64,000 nt of DNA. Origin: Mobula hypostoma. Taxonomy: Eukaryota. Each line of letters begins with the position of its first letter. Position 1 is the stretch's first letter. Location: positions 9,612,001 through 9,676,000 of the forward strand of contig NC_086101.1 in NCBI RefSeq assembly GCF_963921235.1, written 5' to 3'. Below the pieces are notes generated by a model that worked only from the letters and a program-made list of their open reading frames with translations, searched no databases and was not told the origin of the DNA. Of the stretch, positions 1-12,480 are shown piece after piece. The position numbers and the translations under genes are program-made.

Positions 1-142
1 TGCCATCAGATTTCTGAATAGTCTACGAACCAATTGACACTGCCTCCTTTTGATTGCACTATTTGTTCTTGTAATTAATACAAGAGTCTGGCCCAGTGGC
101 TCAGAAGGGTAGGGAAAGGAAGAGAATGGCAGTAGTGATAGT

Positions 143-489
143 CTATGTTCCCTCTAAGCTGCGCGCATGTGTGTGCGCACACGTTTTTCAACCAGCGCAC
201 AAAGGAAATTAATGTGCGCGTAAAAGGTTAGTTACCTAAAATAATGTAGTAATCAATAATTATACTTACTGAAAATAATCTTTTAGCTAAATGTTTCTGT
301 TAGCTAGTGACTTAAGTATGTCTGTTATTTTGTTGTTATTCTGTGCAGTTTTATGTCAAATATTTTGTAAAGCTACATAAACTGTCCCATACGTGCATTC
401 AGTGTGCACATACTTTTGTCACAGGAAAACAATTTGCACAACATAAGATTTTTGCACACACTGACTACTAAAAATTAGAGGTAACATTG
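143..489. mobile_element. Non-autonomous hAT-like MITE inserted in CR1 ORF1
   Basis: Imperfect 15-bp TIRs CTATGTTCCCTCTAA (143-157) and TTAGAGGTAACATTG (475-489). Decayed 8-bp TSD GTGATAGT/CCGATAGG. The CR1 VVIGDS codons are split at this point. Confidence 0.75.
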
Positions 490-3195
490 CCGATAGGGGA
501 CTCTATAATTAGGGGGTCAGACAGGCGACTCTGTGGACGCAGGAAAGAAGTACAGATGGTAGTTTACCTCCCAGGTGCCAGGGTCCGGGATGTTTCTGAT
601 CGTGTCCACAATACCCTGAAGTGGGAATGAGAGCAGTCAGAGGTCGTGGTACATTTTGGTACCAACAAAATAGGCAAGAAAAGGGAGGAGGTCCTGAAAG
701 CAGACTACAGGCTACAGGAAGTTAGGAAGGAAGTTGAGAAGCAGGACCACAAAGTAATCTCGGGATTACTGCCTGTGCCACATGACAGTGCGTATAGGCA
801 TAGAGTGAGGTGGAGGATAAATGCGTGGCTGAGAGATTGGAGCAGACAGCAGGGATTCAGATTTCTGTATCATTGGGACCTCTTTTGGGGCAGGTGTGAC
901 CTGTACAAAAAAGGATGGGTTGCACTTGAATCCCAGGGGGACCAATATGGTGGTGGGGAGATTTGCAAAGGCTATGGGGAGAGTTCAAACTGGGATTGCT
1001 GGGGAGTGGAAACCAAACTGAAGAGGCAGAGGAAGAGGTGGTTGGCTCACAAATAGAGAAAGCTTAGAGACAGTGCGAGAGGGGGGATAGGTAGGAGATA
1101 GAGAAGGGACTCGCTCAGACCCATGGTTTGAGATGTGTCTATTTTAATGCAAGGAGTATTATGAACAAAACCGAGGAGCTTAGAGTGTGGATCAGTATTT
1201 GGAGCTATGATGTTGTGGCCATTACAGAGACGTGGATGGCTCAGGTGCAGGAATGGTTACTTCGAGTGCCAGGCTTTAGATGTTTCAGAAAGGATAGGGA
1301 GGGAGGCAAAAGAGGTGGAGGCATGGCACTGTTGATCAGAGATAGTGTCACAGCTGCAGAAAAGAAAGAAGACAAGGAATCTCTGTGGGTGGAAGTTAGG
1401 AACAGGAATGGGTTAATAACTCCACTGAGTGGTTTTAAAAAATAGTAACAAGGACATTGAAAAGCAGATAGGGAGACAGATTCTGGAAAGGCGTAATAAT
1501 AAAAGGGTTGTTGTGGTGGGAGATATTAATTTCCCAAATATTCATTGGCATCTCCCTCGAGCAGGGGTTTAGATGGGGTGAAGTTTGTTAGGTGTGTTCA
1601 AAAAGGTTTCTTGACACAATATGTAGATAAGCCTACAAGAGGAGAGGCTGTACTTGATCTGGTATTGGGAAATGTACCTGGTCAGGTGTCAGGTCTCTCA
1701 GTGGGAGAGCATTTTGGAGATAGTGATCATAGTTCTATCTCATTTGCCATAGAGGGAAAGGGATAGGAACGGACAAGTTAGGAAAATGTTCAGTTGGAGT
1801 AAGGGGAAATATGTGGCTATCAGGCAGGATCTTGGAAGCATAAATTGGGAACAGATGTTCTCAGGGAAATGTATGGAAGAAATGTGGCAAATGTTCAGGG
1901 GATACTTGCATGGAGTAATGCATAGGTATGTTCCAATCAGACAGGGCAAGGATGGTAGGGTACAGGAACCGTGGTGTACAAAGGCTGTTGTAAATCTAAT
2001 CAAGAAGAAATGAAGAGCTTATGAAAGGTTAAAAAAACTAGGTAATGATAGAGATCTAGAAGATTATAAAGCTAGTAGGAAGGAGCTTAATAAAGAAATT
2101 AGGAGAGCCAGAAGGCACCATGAGAAAGCCTTGTCGGACAGGATTAAGGAAAACCCCAAGGCATTCCACAAGTATGTAAAGAGCAAGAGGATAAGATGTG
2201 AACAAATAGGACCAATTAAGTGTGACAGTGGAAAGTGTGTATGGAACTAGAGGAGACAGCAGAGATATTTAATGAGTACTTTGCTTCAGTATTCACTACG
2301 GAAAAGGATCTTGGTGATTGTAGGAATGATTTACAGTGGACTGAAAAGCTTGAGTATGTAGGTATTAAGAAAGGGGATGTGCTGGAGCTTTTGGAAAGCA
2401 TCAAGTTGGATAAGTCATGGGGACCGGACGGAATGTACCCCAGGCTACTGTAGGAGGCAAAGGAGGAGATTGCTGAGCCTCTGACAATGATCCTTACATC
2501 ATTAATAGGGACGGGAGAGGTTCCGGAGGATTAGAGGGTTGCGGATGTTGTTCCATTATTGAAGAAAGGGAGTAGAGATGGCCCAGGAAATTATAGACTA
2601 GTGAGTCTTACTTTAATGGTTGGGAAGTTGATGGAGAATATTCTGAGAGACAGGATTTGTGAACATTTGGAGAGGCATAATATGATTAGGAATAGTCAGC
2701 ATGGCTTTGTGAGAGGCAAGTCGTGCCTTACGAGCCTGACTGAATTTTTTGAGGATGTGATTAAACACATTGATGAAGGTAGAACATAGATGTAGTATAT
2801 ATGGATTTCAGCAAGGCATTTGACAAGGTATCCCATGCAAGGTTTATTGAGAAAGTAAGTAGGCATGGGATCCAAGGGGACATTGCTTTTTGGATCCAGA
2901 ACTTTGCTTGCCCATAGAAGGCAAAGAGTGGTTGTAGACAGGTCATATTCTGCATGGAGGTCGGTGACCAGTGGTGTGCCTCAGGGATCTGTTCTGGGAC
3001 CCCTTCTCTTTGTGATTTTTATAAATGACCTGGATGAGGAAGTGGTGGGATGGGTTAGTAAGTTTGCTGATGACAGAAAGGTTGGGGGTGTTGTGGATAG
3101 TGTGGAGGGCTGTCAGAAGTTACAGCGGGACATTGATAGGATGCAAAACTGTGCTGAGAAATGGCAGAAGGAGTTCAACCAGATAAATGTGAGGT

Positions 3196-3420
3196 AAACA
3201 ACAGGAATTCTGCAGATGCTGGAAATTCAAGCAACACACATCAAAGTTGCTGGTGAACGCAGCAGGCCAGGCAGCATCTCTAGGAAGAGGTACAGTTGAA
3301 ATTTCAGGCCGAAACCCTGACGTCCTGACGAAGGGTCTCAGCCTGAAACGTCGACTGTACCTCTTCCTAGAGATGCTGCCTGGCCTGCTGCGTTCACCAG
3401 CAACTTTGATGTGTGTTGCT
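3196..3420. mobile_element. Fold-back Penelope-like (PLE) terminal-repeat insertion
   Basis: 89-bp inverted arms 3230-3318 and 3332-3420. Same sequence as the PLE 3' end at about 20910-21030. Confidence 0.88.
3322..3355 (+). ncRNA. Minimal type-I hammerhead ribozyme motif
   Basis: GTC-CTGACGA-A-GGGTCTCAGCCT-GAAACGTC^GAC. Stem I gtc/gac, stem II with CUCA loop, palindromic ACGT helix III. Predicted cleavage after C3352. Confidence 0.78.
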
Positions 3421-4021
3421 TACAAGGATGCTGCCTGGATTGGGGAGCATGTCTTATGGGAATAGGTTGAGTGAACATGGCCTTTTCACCTTGGAGTAAC
3501 GGAGGATGAGAGGTGACCTGATAGAGGTGTATAGGATGATGAGAGGCATTGATCATGTGGATAGTCAGAGGCTTTTTCCCAGGGCTGAAATGGCTAACAT
3601 GAGAGGGCACAGTTTTGAGGTGCTTGGAAGTAGGTACAGAGGAGATGTCAGGGGTAGGGTTTTTTTACGCAGAGAGTGGTGAGTGCGTGAAGTAGACTGC
3701 CGGCAACAGTGGTGGAGGCGGATACAATCGGGTCTTTGAAGAGACTTCTGGATAGGTACATGGAGCACAGAAAAATAGAGGGCTATGCATCACCCAAGGT
3801 AATTTCACAGGTAAGGACATGTTCAACACAGCTTTTTGGGTCAATGGGCCTGTATTGTGCTGTAGGTTTTCTATGTTTTCTGTTTTACTAATTTATGGTC
3901 ATTCTAATGTCTTTGTACCATACTCCTGTCACAAAGCAACAAATCACACGTTATTTCAGTCAGTGATGATAAACCTGATTCTGATTCTGAGTAAGGACCC
4001 AACCTGGACAACCCCACTTCC

Positions 4022-4632
4022 CACACTGAGTGACCATTTTAATTGAGACACCTGTACACCTGCTCATTAATGCAAATATCTAATCAGCCAATTATCTGGC
4101 AGCAATCTGATGCATAAAAGCATGCTGATGTGGTCAAGGGGCTCAGATGTTGTTCAGACCAAACATCAGAATGGGGAAGAAATGTGACCTTGACTGTGGA
4201 ATGATTGTTGGTGCCAGATGGGGTTGTTTGAACATCTCAGAAACTGCTGATCTCCTGGATTTTCATGCAAAACACTCTCTAGAACAGGGGTTCCCAACCT
4301 TTCTTATGTCATGGACCAATACCATTAAGCAAGGTGCATGGACATCAGAGTGGGCATTCCCACTCTACAGTTTATAAAAATGGTGGAAATAACAAAAGAA
4401 ATCCAGTGATTGGCAGTTCTGTGTTTGAAAGTGCCTTGTTAATGAAGGGGGTCAGTGGGGAATAGCTAGACTGATTCAATCGAATGGGAAGGCAGCAGCA
4501 TCTCAAATAAACATGCACTACAACCATGGTGTGGAGGCGAGAACTCTGAATGCTCAGCACCTTGAACCCTAAAGTGGATGGGCTACAGCAGAAAAAAACG
4601 AACATACACTCGTTGGCCACTTTATTACGTAC
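4022..4632 (+). mobile_element. Tc1-like DNA transposon deletion derivative
   Basis: Translation MGKKCDL..GMIVGAR..GLNISETADLL resembles a Tc1 transposase N-terminal HTH. TIR-like CACTGAGTGACCATTTTAATT at the start and TACACTCGTTGGCCACTTTATT at the end. Confidence 0.75.
4285..4362. mobile_element. Short hAT-Charlie-type MITE nested in the Tc1 relic
   Basis: Starts CAGGGGTTCCCAACCT. Flanked by CTCTAGAA/CTCTACAG, a TCTAGA-type 8-bp TSD. Right TIR degraded. Confidence 0.65.
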
Positions 4633-4689
4633 GGGCAGTTTTATAGGAAAGAGAAAATGTTTTATGAGTAAGTGCTTAACATCACTAAA

Positions 4690-5357
4690 CGGAAAGGATG
4701 CAGAAAAGATTTACAAAGAGATGTCAAGTCCTGAGGGCCTGGTTATGGGGAGAAGTTGTGTAGGCTGGCAGGAATGTAGGAGACTTAGGGTACACTTTCT
4801 AGAGGTGTATAAGATGACGAGGAGCAAAGGCAGAGTGCATGTACATAGTCCTTTTCCCGGGGAAGCAGAATTAAAAACAAAGGACCTAGGTTTAAGGTGA
4901 GATGTGAAAGATTTAAAAGGCACCTGGGGGCAACCTCTTCATGCAGAGGCTGGTGTGTATATGTAATGAGCTCCCAGCAGCAACTTTTAAATGACATTTA
5001 GAAAAGTGATAACTTGAGACCATAAGGTATAGGAGCAGAACCAGCCCATCCAGCCCATTGTGTTTACACTGTTATTCAATTATTGATGATCTTCTTTTCA
5101 ACCCCCTTTTCCTGCCTTTTTCTTGTAACCATAAGCCCCCCCACCAACTTTACCAATCAGGAACCTGTTCGTATTTGTCTTAAATACAGCCAAATAAACT
5201 TGTCCCCCATAGCCCTCTGTGGGAACAGATTCACCACCCTCTAGCTGAAGAAAATTCTCCTCATCTCTGTTCTAAAAGGATATCATTTGTTCTGAGGCTG
5301 GGCCCTCCAATCCTTAGGGAAACAAACTCTCCATGTTCACTCTATCCAGGCCTATCA
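4690..5357. mobile_element. Two old CR1 3' fragments, convergent
   Basis: EVYKM.. coding remnant on +; reverse-strand CR1 3' UTR starting ACCATAAG..AGGAGCAGAA. Confidence 0.7.
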
Positions 5358-5394
5358 GCGTGCAGATACCTAAACAGAAGCAGTTGAGAAGGAG

Positions 5395-5723
5395 AGGGGC
5401 ACATCGCTACCCACCATTGAGGACATCTTCCAGAGAAATGGCCTCAAGAAGATGTTATCACCATTGGGAACATGCCCTCTCCTTAGTAATACCATTGAGA
5501 AGCCTGGAGACCCACACTCACTGTTTCAAAAACAGTTTCTTCCCCTCTGCCATCAGATTTCTGAGCCTATGAACATTACCACAATACTCCATTTTCTTGG
5601 CACAATTGGTTTGTTTTTTTGTAGTTCATATCTTCTCATGTACTGCTGCTACAAACAATAAATTTCATTATCTATATCAATGATTATAAATCGAATTCTG
5701 TTTGAGACGTGCACACACGCGCG

Positions 5724-5788
<65 letters not shown>

Positions 5789-6275
5789 AGATGGACAGGG
5801 ATGGACACATAGCCTGGTATGGAAATACCGATGCTTTAGAACAGAAAGTCCTATAAAATGTAATGGATTCAGCCCAGTATATCATGGATAAGCCATTGAG
5901 CACATCTACATGAAACGTTGCCTTAGAAAAGCAGCATCCATCATCAGAGATTCTCACCACCCAGGCCATGCTCCTTTCTCACTGTTGCCATCAGGTAGAA
6001 GGTACAAGAGCCTCAGGACTCATATGACCAGGGTCATGAACAGTTACTACCCCTCAACTATCAGGCTCTTGAACCACAAGGATAACTACACTCATCTATT
6101 GAGATGTTCCCATTGCCAATGATTTCACTTTAAGGACATTTTTTCATGTTATTTTAGGTTGTCATTATTTATTGCTATTTATTTATATTTGTATTTGCAG
6201 TTTGTTGTCTTCTGCATTCTAACTGATCTTTCAGTGATCCTGTTATAGTTACTATTCTATGGATTTGCGGAGTAC
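5395..6275 (+). mobile_element. Two Rex/Babar LINE 3' fragments
   Basis: CFKNSFFPSAIRFL and HPGHAPFSLLPSGRRYKSL C-terminal motifs. Confidence 0.75.
5709..5787. repeat. Compound (CG)n(CA)n microsatellite
   Basis: gtgcacacacgcgcgcgcgcgcgcacacacac...; nearly uninterrupted purine-pyrimidine alternation. Confidence 0.95.
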
Positions 6276-6844
6276 ACAGACACAGACACACACACAAACA
6301 CACACTATATGTGCTGTCTCTTGTGTCTTCACACTTGGAGATAACCAGGCAACAAGCGATCTATAACCACTGCATTACATGGACAAAGGCCGGAGGGGCC
6401 ACAGACACACTGGTGAATAAGAAACACACAGGTAACTGCAGACCAGGCACACACAAACCCACACAGACACAGCGACACATCACAGAGCTACAGCACTGCC
6501 TAGTAATCCCACTGCTGTGGTTGCTGATGCACAAGTCATTGCAAATCAGGGCAGGTAATTGGTGCATGTTTGCACTGCTGTTTAATCTGACCGCACCTCT
6601 TCCAGCTGTGGTGAGTCAGCACCGAGGGGGTGCGACCAATTTGTTTCTCTCCTGAATGGGCCGAAACTTTCAGATCCCGGTAACAATTTCTGTACTCCCC
6701 CGACAGCAAGCAGTATCCTGGGGGTGTCCCGATTCACAAACAGTCATCCAAAACCAGAAATGCAGCACGTCTCCATAAGAAGCATAAAGTTTTTATTTTG
6801 GGTGTTTCCAAAGCCTGACAGATGGGAAAGGTTTTTGAATGTGG

Positions 6845-9595
6845 AGCATAGAAAAGTACAGCAGAGTACAGCCTCTTTGGTTCTGAATGTTGTGTTGATC
6901 CTTTAACCTGCTCTAGGAGCGGCCTAACCCTTCCTTCTGACATAGCCCTCCATTTTCCTTTCATCCATGTGCCTGTTTAAGAGTCCCTTAAATGTCCCTA
7001 ATGTACCTGCCTCGACCAGCTCCCCGGGCAGTTCCATGCAGCCACCACTCTCTGTTAGAAAGCCTACCTCTTACATCCCCCAATGCTTTCCTTCAATCGG
7101 CATAATGATTCCCCACTGTACTCGCCATTTCTGTCCTGGGGGAAATGGCTCAGGCTGCCTACTCAATCTGTGCCTCGATTCATCTTGTACATCTCTATCG
7201 AGTCACCTCTCATCCTCCCTTACTCCAAAGAGAGAAGGCCCAGCTCATTCAACCTACCCTCATAAGACATGCTCTCTAATCGTGGGCCTGGATTCGACCC
7301 TGACCTTGAAGGCTGTTTGGGGTCAAAGAGCGGGGTATCATTACAGTTAGCGTAACTTTTACAGCGCATTCAAAGCTAAGAATCGGTGGAGTCATTCTTT
7401 CCAAATGACTAAGAGAGAGCGTAAGTTGCAGGGTCACAGATAGAAGGCAATGGGGCTGATGCTCAACTGTAGCCAATATGGATGTGATCCTGGGAACTAA
7501 AGGGTTAACAGACAGGGATTTTCCCTCAGGGTGGACACAGCTAATGTGAAGGGTTAGGATTTTAAGGTGATTGGAGGAAAGTACAGGGGGACAAATGGAT
7601 GCTTGTTTCACACAGAGAGTGGTGGGTTTGTCGAGCATCCTGCCAGGGGTGGTGATGGTTGAGGCAGATACACTAGGGACATTTAAGAGACTATTAGATA
7701 GGCACATGGATGATAGAAAAATGAAGGGCAATGTAGGAGAGAAAGGTTAGATTGATATCGAAGTAGTTTAAAAAGTCAGCACAACATTGTGGGCCAAAGG
7801 GGCCCTATGTTCTCTGTTCTATAATCTTTGTTATGTGTTCTGTGTTGCTAGAAGTCTGAAACAAATCCAGAAGGTGTTGGAAATATCTGCCAGGTTCAGC
7901 AGTTTTTGTTATCAAGGACCCTCACCATCCAGGACATGCCTTCTTCTCATTATTTTTCATTTAGGAGGAAGTACGGAGCCCGAAAACACACACTCTACAT
8001 TTTAGCAACTGCTTCATCTCTGCCATCAGATTTCTGAATGGAACACTACCTCACTCACCTTCGGCAATATTTGTTCGATATCTTTGTTGTAACTTATAGT
8101 AACTTGATATGTCTTGCCCTGTACTGCTGCCACAAAACAAATTTCAAAACAAGTCAGTGATATTCATTTGCCCTCTCAATCTCATTCTCCTGCCTTCTCC
8201 CCGTAATCTTTGATGCCTATACTAATCAACATCCTATCAAACTCTGCTTTAAATATATCAGAAGACCTTTCCTCTGCAACCATCTGTGGCAAAGAATTCC
8301 ACTGATTCACCACACTCTAGCTAATGAAATCTATCTCCGTTCTAGATGGATGTCTGTCTATTCTGAGGCTCCGCCGTCTGGTGTGAGACTCTCCCACTAT
8401 TGGAAGCATTCTCTTCACATCCACTCTATCCAGGCCTTTGAATATGCGACAGGTTTCAATGAAGTCACCCCTCATTCTTCTGACCGCCGGTGAGTCAGGC
8501 TTAGAGCCATCAAGCACACCTCATACGTTAACCCTTTCATTCGCAGGATCATTCTTGTGAACCTCCTCTGGACCCTCTCCAATGCAACACATCCTTACTC
8601 AGAGAAGGGCTCCAAGTCAGCTCACCCTATTCTCAGTGCTGTCAGACCAACGCCTTATAAAGCCTCAGAGGTTAGTTGGCTGCTTTGAAGTGCCCATGGT
8701 GGTCCGAGTGTGTGAATAGAATTGGAGCAGTTCATGGGCAGGTAAGGAGCAGTAGGTTAAAGGGCAATAAGTGGGAATTAAGACTAATTGGAATACACTG
8801 GGGGCTAACACTGACTCCATGAGCCAAACAACCTCCTCCTTATCGTAAGGAAGTTTTCATCTTGATTGGGAGGGGAGTACGACAGAGGCTTTGCTTTATC
8901 AGTTTATTCATTTATTTGTTGTCACGTACACCGAGATACAGTGAAAAGCTTATCTTGCGTACTGCTCGTACAGATCAGATCATGGCACAGTGCATCGAGG
9001 CAGAACAAGGTAAAACAGAGGAGCAGGTGGCCTTTCAGCCCATCGAGTCAACTTTGCTATTCCATCATGACTGATTTGTCCATCGCAACCCTATTGTCCT
9101 ACCTTCTCCCCATAACCGTTGACACCCTGACTAATCCAGAATCTATCAACCTCGGCTTTACATATACTCGACGACCTGGCCCTCACAGCCGTCTGTGGCA
9201 ACAAACTCCACAGAATCACCTCCCTCTGGCTTCGGAAATACCACCACATCTCTGCTCTGTGGGGAAGTGTTTGTTTTCTGAGGCTGTGTCCTTTGGCCCT
9301 GGACTCCCCCACTGCAGGAAACATCCTCCCTACATCCACTCTACCCAGGCCTTTCAACAGTTGATAGGTTTCAATGAGATTCTCCCCTCGTTCTTCTGAA
9401 CTCCAGCAAGTAAAGACCTAAAGCCATCAAAAGCTCCTCATATGTTAACCCTTCCTTTCCTGAAATCATTCTCATAAACCCCCACCCCCACCCCCTTTCT
9501 CCAAATCCAGCACACAACATAACCTTTCTCTGATAAGGAACCCAAAACTACCCACAATATTCCAAGTGTGCATGACCAACGCCTTCTAAAGCATA
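6845..9595. mobile_element. Cluster of old CR1 3' fragments (approx. 6845-7280 -, 7480-7830 +, 8165-8670 -, 9020-9595 -) with Rex remnants
   Basis: RRMRGDFIETCRIFKGLDRVDV and KGLGRVDVGRMFP translations; CR1 3' UTR motifs. Confidence 0.75.
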
Positions 9596-10394
9596 GTCAT
9601 GTAAAAAACTACTGTTGTGCAGGTAAACAATAAAATACAAGATCATAACGAGGGAGAATCTGATGACAATGGGATCAGAAGGGGCTGGTGATAGAGGGAT
9701 GTGGTGGGGCCAGAGGAGGTTACGGAGGGAGGGGCAGGGCAGAGGGAACAAAGATTCCTGAAGAGGCCAGTGGGGTACAGAATTTCACAATCTCACATCA
9801 GCCACGGAATTTCCAGCAGCTCCCCTCCCTCTCAAACAGCCCTGGAGAACAACAACTGGCCAACAAGGAGTGGGTGAAACATTAACCAGCACCACACAGC
9901 TACCAGCCTGATCTGGGACTCAAAGGAAAGGCCAAGCCCTCGTGGCCTACCATGACTCCATGGCAACTGCTCAGTGGAATGGAAAACCATAGAAAAAGTT
10001 ATTTCCCGATCCCTCACGTCAGAGTTGAAAAGATTCCGGTCTTTTCCATTACCTTTTCGGCATGTTCCTCCAGTTTCAGACTTTAATCCACCTCTCCACC
10101 AGGATTTAGTCACTCTTCTGTTGTCAGGCTTGTCTTCATTTGCCAGGTCCTGAGCTCTGGGAGCCCCTCCTTAAACCTCTCCACCTCTCTACCCCCCATT
10201 TAGACTCCAACTTGCCACCATCTGCCAGGGGAGGAAGTCTGACCCCAGCCTGGGCTTCTGCACAGCTCAGGACCTGTGATCACCCCACAACTCTCGACAG
10301 GGTGAGCAGAGCAATGCGGTTTCCCCTGGCTGGGTGTCCAGAGTTAGGGATCGGAATCAGTTTTATTATCACTGGCATATGCTGCGACACTGGT

Positions 10395-11410
10395 GGTGTC
10401 TCAGAAAGGCAGCATCCATTATTAAAGACCTCTAGCACCCAGGGCATGCCCTTTTCTCACTGTTATCATCAAGTCGGAGATACAGAAGCCTGAAGGCACA
10501 CACTCAGCGATTCAGGAACAGCTTCTTCCTCTCTGCCATCCGATTCTTGAATGGACTTTGGAGCTTTGGACACTACTTTATACTTTATTGTCGCCAAACA
10601 ATTGATACTAGAACGTACAATCATCACAGCGATATTTGATTCTGCGCATCCCACTTTCTTTAATATACAGTATTTCTGTTTTTGCCCATTTTTTATGAAT
10701 CTATTCAATATACGTAATTGATATACTAGTTTATTTATTATTATGTTCTATTTTACTTCATTTTTTTTTCTCTCTCTCTGCTAGATTATGTACTGTATTG
10801 AAATGCTGCTGGTCAGTTAACAAATTTCACGTCACGGTGATAGTAAACCTGATTCTGATTCTGAATCTGTTGCTATGCGACAGCAGTATATTGCAATACA
10901 TAACATAAAGCTATAAATTACAAGAAAGAGTATATATAACAATTACTGTAAATTAAATAGGCAGTGCAAAGAAAGAGAACAGAATATAGTGAAGTAGTGT
11001 TCATGGGTTCAATATTTGTTCGGAAATTGGATGGCGGAAGGGAAGAAGCCGTTCCTGAAATGTTGAGTGTGTGTCCTCAAGCTCCTCTAGCTTCTTTTAA
11101 TGCTAGCAATGAGAAGGGGGCATGTCCTTGGTGAATTAATGATGGATGCACCTTTTTGAGACAGCGTCTGTCCTTGCTGCTCGGGAGTCTTTGCCCATAA
11201 TGGAGCTGACTGAGATGACAACTTTATGCAGTTTTTACTTTATTGATCCCGAGGGAAATTGGTTTTCGTTACAGTTTTCGGTGACATACCAAGTGTCCTC
11301 AAACTCCAGATGAAATATAGCCGCTATTGTGCCTTCTTTGTAACTACATCGTCATGTCGGGCCCAGGACAGATCCTCAGAGACGCTGACACCCAGGAACT
11401 TGAGAATGCT
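10395..11410. mobile_element. Rex/Babar 3' fragments (+ then -)
   Basis: TTCAGGAACAGCTTCTTCC..GCCATC motif and AAACCTGATTCTGATTCTG tail; reverse copy follows. Confidence 0.7.
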
Positions 11411-11929
11411 CACACCTTCCAGGCTGAGTCGAGAAGAGTTTACTTCACACAGCTGGGCAGTGAGTCGACGTAGTTCTCCACTCAAGAAGGCACTGAGGCT
11501 TATTCACTGAAGATGATCAAGTCAGAAGCATGGACCTACTAAGGTAATTGAGCGATGTGTGGTTAATGAAGGGAGTGTCAGTGGGGTGGAAGAACAGTTG
11601 TAACCTCACTGTATATTGATTAGAACTCTGTCTCTGCTTCCTGTCCTCTGTGGTTGGAGGGCAGTGGGCAGGGAAGTTCCACGGGCCTATCAAACATAAA
11701 TGCTGAGAAGTTCCCAAAATATTAATAAATTCAAATGTTCAACCTAAGTACATGCAGTCATTTTTATGAGTTAATTTCCTCCCTCTCTTCACTTTTAATA
11801 ACTGCTTTTTGAGACACAAGCCATACAGTGATAACTGACTCTTTGACACAATTGGTCAATTTCGACTGAGGTTTCCACCTCAGCTAGTCCCATCTTACTT
11901 CAGAGATACAACAACGTAACGGGCCCATC

Positions 11930-12480
11930 CTGAGGTACTGTGAGCTGCTTTGGGCCCCTTATCTGTGAAAGAACGTGCTGACGTTGGAGAGGGTCCAGAG
12001 AAGGTTCACAGGAATGATTCTGGGAATGAAAGGGTTAATGTTTGCAGACTGTTTGATTGCTCTGGGCCTGTACTTGGTGGAATTCTGAAGAATGGGGGCG
12101 GGGGGAATCTCATTGAAACCTATTGAATGTTGAAAGGCCTCGGCAGTGGTTGTGGTGAGGATGCTTCCTGTGGTGGGGGATTCTAGGACCAGAGGGCACA
12201 GCCTCAGAGGTATATCCCTTTAGACCAGGGAAGAAGAGGAATTTCTTTAGCCAGAGCATGGCCAATCTTTGGAATTCATTGCCACTTCTGGCTGTGCAGG
12301 CCAAGTCATTGGGTATATTTAAGCAGAGATTGATAGATTCTTGATTAGTAAGGGTGTTAAAGGTTACAAGGACAAGGTAATAGAATGGTGTAAGGGAGGA
12401 TAATAAATCAGTCATGATGGAATGACAGAACGGACTTGATGGGATGAACAGCCGAATTATGTTCCTATGTCTTATGGTCT
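11930..12480 (+). mobile_element. CR1 3' fragment
   Basis: ERVQRRFTGMI-like coding remnant; tail CCTATGTCTTATGGTCT. Confidence 0.75.

Larger units (their letters stand above)
81..3886 (+). mobile_element. CR1-clade LINE, near full length but degraded (ORF1 SGNH esterase part, ORF2 APE endonuclease + RT, 3' tail)
   Basis: ORF1 motifs VVIGDS, VHFGTN and DGLHLN. ORF2 pieces [49 protein letters not shown]. Tail TTTTCTATGTT. Broken by stops, frameshifts and two insertions. Confidence 0.93.
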
